Shown here: piece by piece, positions 41,586 through 53,385 of the stretch | How the letters are laid out: each line of letters begins with the position of its first letter | Position numbering within the stretch: position 1 is the first letter of the stretch | Assembly: GCF_006345805.1 (NCBI RefSeq) | Contig: NC_043006.1 | Location: 90,024,001-90,088,000, forward strand | DNA length: 64,000 bases | Source of the DNA: Octopus sinensis | Lineage: Eukaryota | Direction of reading: 5' to 3' | Notes under the pieces: generated by a model | The model's input: the letters and a program-made list of their open reading frames with translations, nothing else | Told to the model about the DNA's origin: nothing | The model's database searches: none | Made by a program: the position numbers and the translations under genes

Positions 41586-41607
41586 CACACACACACACAT
41601 ATATATA

Positions 41608-41784
41608 GCAGGAGTGGCTGTGTGGTAAGTAGCTTGCTAACCAACCACATGGTTCCGGGTTCAGTCCCACTGCGTGGTATCTTAGGCAAGTGTCTTCTGC
41701 TATAGCCCCGGGCCGACCAATGCCTTATGAGTGGATTTGGTAGACGGAAACTGAAAGAAGCCTGTCATATATATATATGTATAT

Positions 41785-41819
<35 letters not shown>

Positions 41820-42051
41820 GTATGTATGTATGTATGTGTGTGTGTTTGTGTGTGTGTGTTTGCCCCCCTAGCACTGCTTGACAACCGATGCTGGTGTGTT
41901 TACGTCCCCGTCACTTAGCAGTTCGGCAAAAGAGGCCGATAGAATAAGTACTAGGCTTACAAAGAATAAGCCCGGGGTCGATTTGCTCGACTAAAGGCGG
42001 TGCTCCAGCATGGCCGCAGTCAAATGACTGAAACAAGTAAAAGAGTAAAGA

Positions 42052-42053
<2 letters not shown>
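41608..42053 (+). mobile_element. Near full-length tRNA-derived SINE (family A), with internal microsatellite
   Basis: Pol III-like head with A box (tggctgtgtggtaag) and B box (ggttcagtccc), CORE-like cttaggcaagtgtc, and a 3' aagagt tail. Many partial copies in the window, e.g. 1-232, 3150-3300, 7950-8130, 18470-18620, 33650-33810, 35120-35525, 40220-40580, 42500-42880, 44760-44990, 47310-47740 and 49390-49550. Confidence 0.9.
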
Positions 42054-42092
<39 letters not shown>

Positions 42093-42189
42093 AGTATTGA
42101 AATCAATGTTAAGTGATGATGATATATATATATATATATACATATATATTATAACACCTCCAACAAAGTGCTTTTTCCTCAACTGTAAC

Positions 42190-42480
42190 ACTCTCCCACT
42201 GGTGGGTCAGCAGATGTAGCCCTGCTCTTCATCTCCTCCTGGTTTCCAGCTCTCTTGCTCCATAACCGACAAGAGGCTCTTTTAGCTGCCTCTCCCATCC
42301 AGCACACAGCCACCCTTCACTCTTTTCCTCTCATTCTAATGGCTGTAAGCATCCTCCATACCAGCTTGGCAGGGAATCCCTTACAACCAACTTCAACTGG
42401 GAAAAGCCACGATTGCCATCCCTTTGTCCTACAATCCTGCAGGAAGCTTGCAAATGTGGTTGGCTTCTGTTTATAAGATT
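42190..42480 (-). mobile_element. HERO/R2-superfamily non-LTR element 3' fragment
   Basis: The minus strand reads FASFLQDCRTKGWQSWLFPVEVGCKGFPAK...GEAAKRASCRLWSKR, matching the REL-domain pattern 'KY..L...C...GW.....PVEVGCRGF...AERAS.WLW.KR'. Confidence 0.75.
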
Positions 42481-43419
42481 TATGGACATATTCTTTTCTC
42501 TTTTACTTATTTCAGTTATTGGACAGCAGCCCTACTAAGGCTGATGTCTTGAAGGGTTCACTCAAACAAACAGACTTCACCACTTGATTTTGTTTTTTTC
42601 CTTTTTAAGTCTGGTTCTTATTCTATCAGTCACTTTTGCCATCTTCTAAGTTACAGGGACATAAAAAACCAATAAAAAAATAAAAGTTAAGTGATGGGGT
42701 CAAACAGACACACACACATACACACAATGGGATTCTTTCAGTTTTCACCTCCAAATCAACTGATAACAGCTTATTCAACCTGATGCTATAGTAGAAGATT
42801 TATGCCCTATATGCAACACAGTGGGACTGAACCCAGAACCATGTGGTTGGGAAGCAAGCGTCTTACCACATACTCACCCCTGCACCTAGATATATATAGA
42901 TACACGCACACACACACACTCACACACACACGTATATGTGTCCTTGTGTTTTTTTTTTATATCTTTCCCCTCACCACTAGACAACTGATGTTGGTTTGTT
43001 TATGTTCCCATAACTTAACAGTTTCAACAAAAGAGATTGACAAAATAAGTACCGGGGTGTATTTGATAAAGAAAGAAAAAAATAATTTTAATCTGTTCTT
43101 TAGCAGAAGTCCCAAGAGATGCTAAGAGAAAACAGATCAGGATTCAATCTTGAAACTGAGAAGAACCAAAATAAATTCTGTGATGCTCTTAGACTGATAT
43201 TCTACTATGTTTGTTAGCATCACCATTTAAATGTTTAAATATTAAATTTAGAATATTGAATTTTTAATGATGAGGACAAACATATGGTAATTCTCAAATT
43301 GTTGGACATGTTTCAATTGTTTCGGTTTAGTTTACATTGTTAACTATGCTTGAAGACATGATGCATGTGTTTGTGTGTGTGTGTATTGGACTCTTGGGGA
43401 AACTATGATTTACATATAC

Positions 43420-43464
<45 letters not shown>

Positions 43465-45657
43465 ATAGTTAACCCAAACATGAAAACACAACGCGAGGAC
43501 ATGGAACAAGTAGAGTGTTATTGGACGCCCAGGAAAGGAAAGAAAGAAGGAGGATTTAACATTACAAGTGGAGCTCTTTGTCAGAAACATAGGAAAAGGA
43601 AAGATCCAAGGAAGGGAAGATGGAGGAAAAAAAAATCGCCAACAATACACATGCAATATATATTACATAGACATACATAATTTAAGATATGTATCTTCAT
43701 AAGTATATATATATATAATTGTCTATATTTATATACAATCATGTGGCTATCACATGAAGTACCTCTTATGGACTTGGTTAATACTCAATTACAAAGCAGT
43801 GCAATGTCAAGTATCCATAGAAAAACAAAATCCAAGAGATAAAATTATTCTGCGAGGAGAATTTAAAACCATAAAGTCAGGAGGTTTGAGAGGTGAATGT
43901 ATATTTATGTAACTTCCATAGGATTAAGGCCATTCCACAACCTTCTTAATGTAGTATTAATTTCAAGTATCCAAGAAATTCTGTGTACATGTTGGCATTG
44001 ATACGTATACTCAGTGTTGTACAATAGAATTGTATATTCACAAATGTCTATAAAGAAAGCTAGCTCATCAGATCACTGGAACATCATGGTTACATTAACA
44101 GTTCAACTCTAAATATACATAGTAAATTCACACTTCATACACACACTGAATGGAAGGCTGGAACTGGTTGATTTGGTCAGTGAAAGATAAGTAGGAAGGT
44201 CAGGACATATTCTGTTGTTATTATAGAAAAAATTATTTTCTTCACTTATGAACACCAGCATCTCAATTAAGTTCAAGTGCTAGATGGAAAGTGAGGAATT
44301 CACCATTCTTAATTTAAACAAGATAACAAGAAGAAAAACAGACAAGAGATAAAGTAAGAATAACATAAAAGTATAAGCGAATAATATAAAAGAATTATTT
44401 ACTAAAAGTAATTATTCAGGTGGGAAAGAGGGGAAGAAAACAACTGGTGAATTGAAGATTTCACCGAGTTGAAGGATGAATGCGTAAAGAGAGGGAGGTC
44501 AAACTAATATCAAGAAACTGTGTTCAACAGCAATAAACTTCTGTATAAAGTGAAAAAGGTCACAAAAAAATCACACAAAAAGCATTTGAACTCTCAAGAA
44601 TTGAACTCACACATTCACTACACCTACACTTACACAGACACATAAATACAAGCAGATAAATGTAAATACACACACAGGTACACACATGCACACATTCCCA
44701 TCCATGGAAGTCACATTATTAAATAAACAGAAATTCTCAAACCTCCTGACTATTTTTTTTTATCTATATTCTTTTATTCGTTTCAGTCATTTGGCTGCGG
44801 CCATGCTGGGGCACCGCCTTTAGTCAAACAAATCGACCCCAGGACTTATTCTTTGTAATCCTAGTTCTTATTCTATCAGCTCTTTTGCCGAACTATCAAC
44901 TCTTTTTACAGGAGACGTAAACACACCAACATCGGTTGTCAAGCGATGGTGGGGGGACAAGCACAAATACACACTCAGTGTGTATATATGCGTGGTCTAT
45001 GGTGTCCCAACAAAATTAATTAAAATACTTTTCCAGGTGATAGGCTGATAATGGCTGCAACCATTCTAAGTTATGTATGTATAAGTGTGTATATATATAT
45101 ATATTAAGGTATGTAGAAAAATACAACATGGACAAGAACGTATAACTCTTAGAAGACAATACAATAAACACGGACAGGACATTCGAAACCCTCAGTCTTC
45201 AGTCAAGAACCGGATCATTGTAGTAATTTCGGCTGATTAATCTTGAGATTACCAGATCACGGCCAGCCCTCCAAGAAAAACTAAGCAACGAGCATTAGAA
45301 AAACTAAGCTGGGAGCGTAAATTTCCTGGAAGAAGGATCGAATTTCGGCCAGCAGTCACGTGACAGAGAAGAGATATATATATATATATATACACGATGG
45401 GATTCTTTCAGTTTCTGTCTACCCTATCCACTCACAAGACTTTTGTCAGCTCAATACTATAGTAGAAGACACTTGCCCAAGGGACCATTGCAGTGGGACT
45501 GAACCCAGAGAAATTCACACTTTATACGCACAAACATATACATATACATTGTGTGTATAAAGTGTGAATTTACTATATATAGGTGCAGGCATTGCTGTGT
45601 GGTAAGAAGCTTGCTTTCCAACTACATGGTTCAGTCCCATGGCATGGCACCTTGGGC

Positions 45658-45689
<32 letters not shown>

Positions 45690-45706
45690 ATATATATATA
45701 TATATA

Positions 45707-45988
45707 CAAAATATTACATTATATAATTAGGGCTTAGTAAAATAAATTACTTTGCCACATACTGAACTTAGTAGAAATAGCAGCCAAAAAAGTTTTTTTA
45801 GCCGTTTCTACTACTTAAAGAAAATTTCTCTCAGATAATGCTTACTCCAGACAGCATTATCTGAGAGAAATTTTCTTTAAGTAGTAGAAACGGCTAAAAA
45901 AACTTTTTTGGCTGCTATTTCTACTAAGTTCAGTATGTGGCAAAGTAATTTATTTTACTAAGCCCTAATTATATAATGTAATATTTTG
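45707..45988. repeat. Perfect palindrome: 136-bp arms, 10-nt loop
   Basis: 45707-45842 is the exact reverse complement of 45853-45988; loop tactccagac. Confidence 0.95.
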
Positions 45989-46065
45989 AATTCGCCTTAA
46001 ATGGTCCTTTTACATACTGAACACTTGGTGAAATTGATTGATTAATTAATTTTACCCTCAATTGT

Positions 46066-46101
<36 letters not shown>

Positions 46102-46771
46102 ACAAAGCTATTCATTACTGTGTCGTATGGCTCTTGTGCTCAACAAAACACCTCACTTGTCTCATGCACCAATGAAGGGGCACCTATTCCAATGATTGCC
46201 TTGCTAGAAATAGCAGACAATTACTTCTGTCAGGTAATATCTAACTTTTCCAAAGAAGTAATGATACATTAGAAAACACAGCAATTGGAAAGAATAAATT
46301 TGCTTGATCAGGACTGACCTAGGGCTAAAGAGCAACACATATTTATATACAATCTTCAGTTTTGTTTTATATATGCATGTGTGTGTGTGTGTATACACGC
46401 ACATATATATATACATACGTTCATATATATATGCACATATATGAATGTATGTATATACACACACACGCAAACATATACACACATACATACATACATACAC
46501 AACCAACCAACATACATACATACATGTAATAAAGTATAATATAATTTCTGTGTTGGATCGCCAATAATAAGTTTCAGGAAATATATTTTGGTTTCATTGC
46601 TAACCAAAATATGTTTGTAGTGGCCGGGGGGGGGGGGGGATGGCAGCAGGAGTGGAAATCAATTTATTTGAGAATATTCAATTCCAGTCATTTATCTTAT
46701 TTATTTATTTGCATTTATTTACATCCTTCTATTTCCTTTACATTATTTCATTTCATATCAGTTCAACTTAC

Positions 46772-46863
46772 GTATTTTCTTCACCGCAAGCAGCCTGTAG
46801 GTATGCGTGCAGGTCATGCGGCTGGTGGCGGACGATGGGGCAGAGTAGATACGTGACTCCAGG
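46772..46863 (-). CDS. Internal coding exon
   Basis: gtttcacgtgtgattag|CCTGGAGTC...GAAAATAC|gtaagt. 92 nt, phase 0->2, encodes PGVTYLLCPIVRHQPHDLHAYLQAACGEENT. A GC/CpG-rich island in AT-rich surroundings. Confidence 0.8.
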
Positions 46864-48017
46864 CTAATCACACGTGAAACAGTTAAAATAGAGAGTAACT
46901 ACAGAAAATCAGTGCAAGGCAAAAAAAAATAAAGAAAATTAAGTAACATCCCCCTCCCCTCAAAAGGAAAAAAATTGTTTTCCAAGTGCAAAATATTACC
47001 ATTCTTTCTTTGTGTTAAAACAACAACAACAACAATAATGACAACAACAACACAAAACACTGCACAAATACTATAAGAAGAAGAAAGATGACAACATGAA
47101 TAACAACTCTGAACTTCATATTGAGGAAAATACGATCTGTGAATTAGTGGAATATTTGCCTTTGAGAAAGGCAACAAACACTGAATTCCTAAGAATGGTT
47201 AAGAAACAACAGAATAAATAAAGAATACAAAAGAGAGAAATTAAAAATGACATTGGAATAATATAAAAATCAGTAATTGTAATTAATTATAATTAATGAT
47301 TAGGGAAAAGGTGTGACAGGTATGGCTGTGGGGTTAATAAGTTTCTTTTGCAAACATGTAGTTTCAAGTTCCATCCCACTGCATGGCATCTTGGGCAAGA
47401 GTCTTTTACTATAATCCTGGGTTTGTTAGTGAATTTAAAAGACTGAAATTGTGTGGGAACGTGTATGTGTGTGTGTGTGTGTGTGCGCACGCGCGTGTGT
47501 ATGTGTGTGTGAGAGTGTGTGTGTGTGTGTGTGTCTGTGTGTGTTTATGAGTATATGTGTTGTCCCCCAACATTGCTTGACAACTGGTGCTGGTTTGTTT
47601 ACATCCCTATAATTTAGTGGTTCAGCAAAAGACACTGATAAAATAAGTACCCAATTTCAAAACATATGTATCAACTTGTTTGACTAAATCCTTCAAGTAG
47701 TCCAACATGGCCACAGTAAAATTACTGAAACAAATAAAACACAAAAGACATATATCTGTGTGTGTGTGTGTGTGTGTGTGCATTTCTGTGTATGCTTGCA
47801 TTATTGTACTTTTTAAACTTGCATCAATATATATATATTATATATATATATATACTCCCCTTCCCTTCTTCCCTCTTTCTCCCTCCCTCCTTCCCTCTTC
47901 CCCTTCCCTCTGCTCCCTCACTCCCTTTCCTCCTCCCCTTCCTCCTCCCCTCATATATCTCCCCCCTCCCCCTCTTCTCCACACGACTTTACACATCACA
48001 TCATATATGATGTGCCA

Positions 48018-48325
48018 TACTAATACATACACCAACCCTATACATACACACGTCCAGACCTCTCATACGCACTAATACTCTCTCATACACACACACACAC
48101 ACCCTTATACATGCTAATACGTACTAATACATACTAATACATACACCAACCCTATACATACACACGTCCAGACCTCTCATACGCACTAATACTCTCTCAT
48201 ACACACACACACACACACACACCCTTATACATACTAATACATACACCAACCCTATACATACACACGTCCAGACCTCTCATACGCACTAATACTCTCTCAT
48301 ACACACATACACACACACACACCCT
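48018..48325. repeat. Tandem array of about three 90-110-bp units
   Basis: Unit actaatacatacaccaaccctatacatacacacgtccagacctctcatacgcactaatactctctcata(ca)n-cccttat, repeated three times with variable (CA)n. Confidence 0.9.
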
Positions 48326-48329
48326 TATG

Positions 48330-48627
48330 TTGGAGCTGGTCACTCAACCCTATTATCTCCCCTAATTTCGCTCTCGCGTCTCATGTTTGATCTTTGACTT
48401 CTGGCCGAAATCAGATCGCCATGTTGATTCGTTAGTTACTGCACGCGTTTTTTTTCTCTCCTTCTTTCTGTGTTTTTTTTCTCTCTGTGTATCTTTCTGT
48501 TGAAGAGCGTAGGCTCGAAACGTTAAAGACTTGTTTTATTTATATTTCCTGAGCGCCATACTAATACAATTGTTTGTTTGTTTTCCACCTGCCTTTGTCT
48601 TTTGTCTATTTTCATAAAGCTTCCCGT

Positions 48628-48630
<3 letters not shown>
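48330..48630 (+). mobile_element. Penelope-like terminal (pseudo-LTR) fragment containing a hammerhead-like motif
   Basis: Motif tcttt-ctgttga-a-gagc-gtag-gctc-gaaac-gtt-aaaga at 48492-48529. Related terminal fragments at about 43480-43660, 45110-45360, 23780-23930 and 52420-52520. Confidence 0.6.
48492..48529 (+). ncRNA. Minimal type I hammerhead ribozyme-like motif (core A6->U, probably inactive)
   Basis: Stem I tcttt/aaaga, CUG(U)UGA core, stem II gagc/gctc, GAAAC and a palindromic AACGTT stem III. Confidence 0.5.
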
Positions 48631-48659
<29 letters not shown>

Positions 48660-48665
48660 ATATAT

Positions 48666-48700
<35 letters not shown>

Positions 48701-48710
48701 TGTATGTATG

Positions 48711-48756
<46 letters not shown>

Positions 48757-48789
48757 CATGTGTGTGTGTATATATATACATATATATTC

Positions 48790-49345
48790 AAGTGGCACAA
48801 ACTTTTCAATGAAGAGCAGGCTCATCATTTTGCTTCAACATCCGTGGTGTATTGTGCATCAAGAATTCGTCTCCCAAGGCCTCACCATCAATCGAGTGTT
48901 CTACTGTCACATTGTGAAGTGTTTGAGGTGGGACATTCGGTAAAAGTGATTGGATCCGTGAAGTGTGAAGAATTGGATTCTTCATGATGACAATACACCC
49001 TGTCACTGTGCTCTCCTCACATGTGAGTTTCTTGCCAAAAACAACATGGCATCATTTCCACACCTGTCTTATTCGCCAGATTTAGCACCTGCAGACTTCC
49101 ATCTCCTCCCCAAGATGACAATGCAGCTCAAAGCTGCTATTTTAACAGCATTGTCAAGACTGAGAGCAAATTGCAGGTCCTCGACTTGCTTATGGAAAAT
49201 GATTCCAATAGTGGTAGGAATGCTAGGACTAGTGTATTGCACCGTAAGGTAACCATTTCGAAAGTGATAATGTTAAAACTTTGGGAAAGAAGCTTTTTTT
49301 TTATTAAACATAACTAATCTGGGAACTTTTTGATACTACCTTGTC
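48790..49345 (+). mobile_element. mariner (DD34D) relic, 3' half
   Basis: WILHDDNTPCH...FPHLSYSPDLAPADFHLLPKM; right end ggaactttttgatactaccttg. Confidence 0.85.
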
Positions 49346-49389
<44 letters not shown>

Positions 49390-49599
49390 GGCACAGGTGT
49401 GGCTGTGTGGTAAGAAGCTTGCTGCTCAACCATATTGTACTGAGTTCAGTCCCACTGTGTGGCACCTTGGACTAGTGTCTTTTACTATAGTTTTGACCTG
49501 ACCAAAGCCTTGTGAGTGAATTTGGTAGCTGCAAACTGAAAGAAGCCTGTCATATATATGTATATATCTATATGTGTGTATGTGGATAACTATGTAATC

Positions 49600-50380
49600 T
49601 GCTGGCCGAGTCTGCTGCAGGCGCTTTCTGTGATGGCCACATGATTCTATGAATCCACACATCACTACAACAAAGGGAGGAGAGTAAGACACTTGGAGTT
49701 GCAAAAGGAATGCTGAGAGTTAAAAGGTTGGGCATGAAGGTGAAAAGGGGTGTGATTGTACTGACAGTGTTATAGGGTACAGAGATATGGGGGCTGAGAG
49801 AGGCAGAAAGGGGGCAGCTAAATGTGTTTGAGAGAGATGTTTGAGGGCTATGGTTGGTGTGACACGGATGGACAGGATGAGGTGTGAAGATGAGCAGGAA
49901 TGAGAAAAAAACTAACAACCAAAATGGATAGATGAATGTTGAGGTAATTTGGCCACATGGAGAGGGCGGATGATGAAGGCAGAAGTGGTAGGCAGCAGAA
50001 CCAGAGGCAGACTTTGGTTTGTGTGAATGGATGGAGTGAGGAAGGCTTTGGTGGTTAGAGGTGTTGGAGTGAGAGAGGCAAGGGTGTTGGAGTGAGAGAG
50101 GCAAGGGAGTTTATAAACGATAGGAAAGCTTGGAGAATGTTTGTGAATGGATGAGTGAATTTTGATGTTGCTCAAAGAGGTACAGAACCAGAATGATGCT
50201 GCAGGAGTAAACGAGCATATGCTGTCAGGCCCCGCTGCTGATATTGGGGGTTGCATCCTATGCCTTGACCCGAACATAGGATGGGGCTTACCTCTTTCTG
50301 CTGGGAAATGAATGGAATGTCTGGCGTGTGTCTTGTTGCGGATACCCCACCCCCGTAAAAAATGGGGAATAGGCCTGGGT
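49600..50380 (+). mobile_element. RTE LINE 3' fragment (a second RTE family)
   Basis: GVIVLTVL*GTEIWGLREAERGQLNVFE..RAMVGVTRMDRMR..FGHMERADD. Confidence 0.7.
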
Positions 50381-50573
50381 ATATATATATATATATATAT
50401 ATATGTGTATGTATGCATGCATGTATATATACATACACACACACATCCACACTCATACTTGCTTCATTCTATTCGTATTAACATTTCAGGGTAAACTTAA
50501 TTCATAGTTTTTTTTTCCCATTATGAGTCAGTTTGGCTGAGTAACACTGCAAGCAAGCAATATTCAATATATA

Positions 50574-50609
<36 letters not shown>

Positions 50610-50840
50610 TGTATATGTATAATTTCCCATTGATAACATCTAAGGAGCTAGAAACATTAATGGCAGGGAATCATGATAGTTGGTGACACTGAACAAATAT
50701 AGTGTTTTAACACCTTTTTACCATAAGAGAGAACTATCTTCACAGTAACTGCAGTGAATTTTCTCTTTAGTGGGTGAAATATGTCACAAATATATTTTAA
50801 CTAACCTTGCTTACATCTAAACACTGCTTGGCTATAACAT

Positions 50841-50881
<41 letters not shown>

Positions 50882-50890
50882 TATATATAT

Positions 50891-51687
50891 ATTTAGCAAT
50901 TAAGGACAACTACTTAATAAGGAAAACTTAACAAGAAATTGTCAGGTAGATAGTGTGAAAGACCTCATAAGAGAAAAAATTTCGAAAATAATTATTTCTT
51001 ATTGAACATATTAATTTATATATAGAGGGCATTATACATACATGCCAGAGGGCATTATACATACATGCCACACGCTAAGAGGGACAATTAGTCATTTCTA
51101 CCAAAAATTTTACTAATCCCACCGAATGCAATTTTTCAAAGTAAGACATTTAAAAATATAGACCTGTATCACAGTGATTTCATACTTACGTATTCATCAG
51201 CAGGCCTGGACGTATCATAAATAAACGACCCTGCCTCGCTTAAGCCGATCAGCTAACTGATCAACCTCAACGAAGCACATGGGTGAGTTTACATATATTA
51301 CATCCGGTAAATGGCAGACTTTTACGAATTGCATTTCGGGAAAGGAAGAGTTTTTTCGGAATAAAAATTTAGCAATTAAGGACAACTACTTAATAAGGAA
51401 AACTTAACAAGAAATTGTCAGGTAGATAGCGTGAAAGACCTCATAAGAGAAAAAATTTCGAAAATAATTATTTCTTATTGAACATATTAATTTATATATA
51501 GAGGGCATTATACATATATGCCAGAGGGCATTATACATACATGCCACATGCATGTCTTACTTTGAAAAATTGCATTCGGTGGGATTAGTAAAATTTTTGG
51601 TAGAAATGACTAATTGTCCCTCTTAGCGTGTGGCATGTATGTATAATGCCCTCTGGCATGTATGTATAATGCCCTCTATATATAAAT
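50891..51687. repeat. Direct repeat (~180 bp, period 476) plus an exact 136-bp inverted copy
   Basis: 50891-51072 is nearly identical to 51367-51548 (2 differences seen); 51014-51149 is the exact reverse complement of 51552-51687. Confidence 0.92.
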
Positions 51688-53380
51688 ATATATATATATA
51701 TATATCATCATCATCATCATCCTTTAACATCAGCTTTCCAAGCAGGCATGGGTTGGACGGTTTGACTGAGGACTGGCAAACTGGATGGCTGCACCAGGCT
51801 CAAATCTGATGTGGCATATATATACATATATATATGCACACACACACATATATTACACACAGGGAGGGTGAAGACAATGACACTGCAACAGAATGAGAAA
51901 CAGTCTGTAATAGTTGCGAAATACATTTCCACTTCTGTCATGTAATGGCTTTCTTATATTTTCTACATAAGTTGTGTGAACAAGCAAAACTACAGAGAGC
52001 TAATGAAAGCAAAAATTAAAGAAAGAAAAATAAAGATGGAAGGTAAAAAAAGAAGAGAAATAATGAAAAAAGAAAACAGCCTGAAAAGAAGTTTATATAA
52101 AAGTTAAATATAGACATAAGTAGATATTAGGAAATATATATAAAAAAAAACATTGTTAAGTATTACAGTTGTATTCTGATTGTCTGTTGTTGTTGTTGTT
52201 TCATTGTTTGAAATCTGTGTCAATCAATGTAAAGAGGAGACAGCACAGAAGAATTCATGTAAAAAATAGGTATGTAGGTGTGTAGACACCCATATACATA
52301 CATAATATAATAAATAAATAAAATATATGCATATACACATATATGTACATACTTACATCTACATGTATATATACATGCATATAAATATATATATGAGTAC
52401 AGGACACCACAAATAAACGTAGAACACAATGAGAGACGAAAACATAAAATCAAACAGGGAAACGGACTTTTTTTAAAACAACGAAAAAACAGAGTACAGG
52501 ACAAACAATACAAGGAAATACATACATACATACATACATACATTTATATACATACATATATATATATATATAGTCCAGAAAGGATAGGGTAAACGCTTTT
52601 ATTTCTCTTTCCATTTCAGAATTACAACTATTAGCGGTTTGGAGTTTAACTACTCTTTCTAGTGAGTCAGATGTCCTATTATGGCCATCTCTTATATGCA
52701 TACACACATGTATACATATATATAGAAATTTTTTATCTAAACATTTTTAGTGAATCTGAAAATAGTGATGAGCAGAAGGAAAAAAGTAAGACGATCCCAA
52801 AACTTAACTAAAATGAGGAAAAAAAACCTAAAAAATAAGAGTCTTGAGAAAGTTATTTGGAACAATGATTTGGAGAAAATAAAATGTTTCTTCAAATTTT
52901 GTATATTTTTATATGTTTGCATTATATTTTTGGTCATATTTAGTTTATCCCATTTATTCACTTATTTAATTGTATCAAGATGAAGCTGTGTGGTTTAGAG
53001 GTTGAAGTGTTGGACTCCCAATTGTGAAGTCATGGTTTAAATTCTTAGACAAGCAGCACATTGCATCCTTCAGCAAGGCATTTTACTTGTTGTTGCTTTG
53101 ATTTGCTCAGCCAAAAAGAGGAGCAGCCGATTAACAGTGTTGCCTCCTCTCCCTTCCTGAGAGAAGGCTACACTTTCCATGTTCAACTGGATGAAGAGTT
53201 GAAGGACTGAAAGGATCACTCTATCTACTAGCTACTAAACAAGGTACCAAAAACAATTAGTCAAAACATAGTGCATGTCATGGCAGTGTTGGGTTCACCA
53301 TCATAAAAGGTTGTGGCTTTCATTCCTGGACTAAGTGGTGTGTTACACATACCACTCGGTCATACATGAAGTTTACTTAC

Positions 53381-53385
53381 CAAGT
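53381..53385 (-). CDS. 5-nt microexon (ACTTG; completes Tyr-Leu)
   Basis: Minus strand reads ctctttcattattatag|ACTTG|gtaagtaaac. Consensus donor and good acceptor. Converts phase 1 to phase 0, exactly joining exon 63011-63180 to exon 46772-46863. Confidence 0.65.

Noticed and set aside
41608-41690. tRNA gene
   Set aside because: The A/B boxes belong to a multi-copy SINE head; no complete cloverleaf was seen.
48018-48325. CRISPR-like repeat-spacer array
   Set aside because: Eukaryotic context; the units are contiguous tandem repeats without unique spacers.
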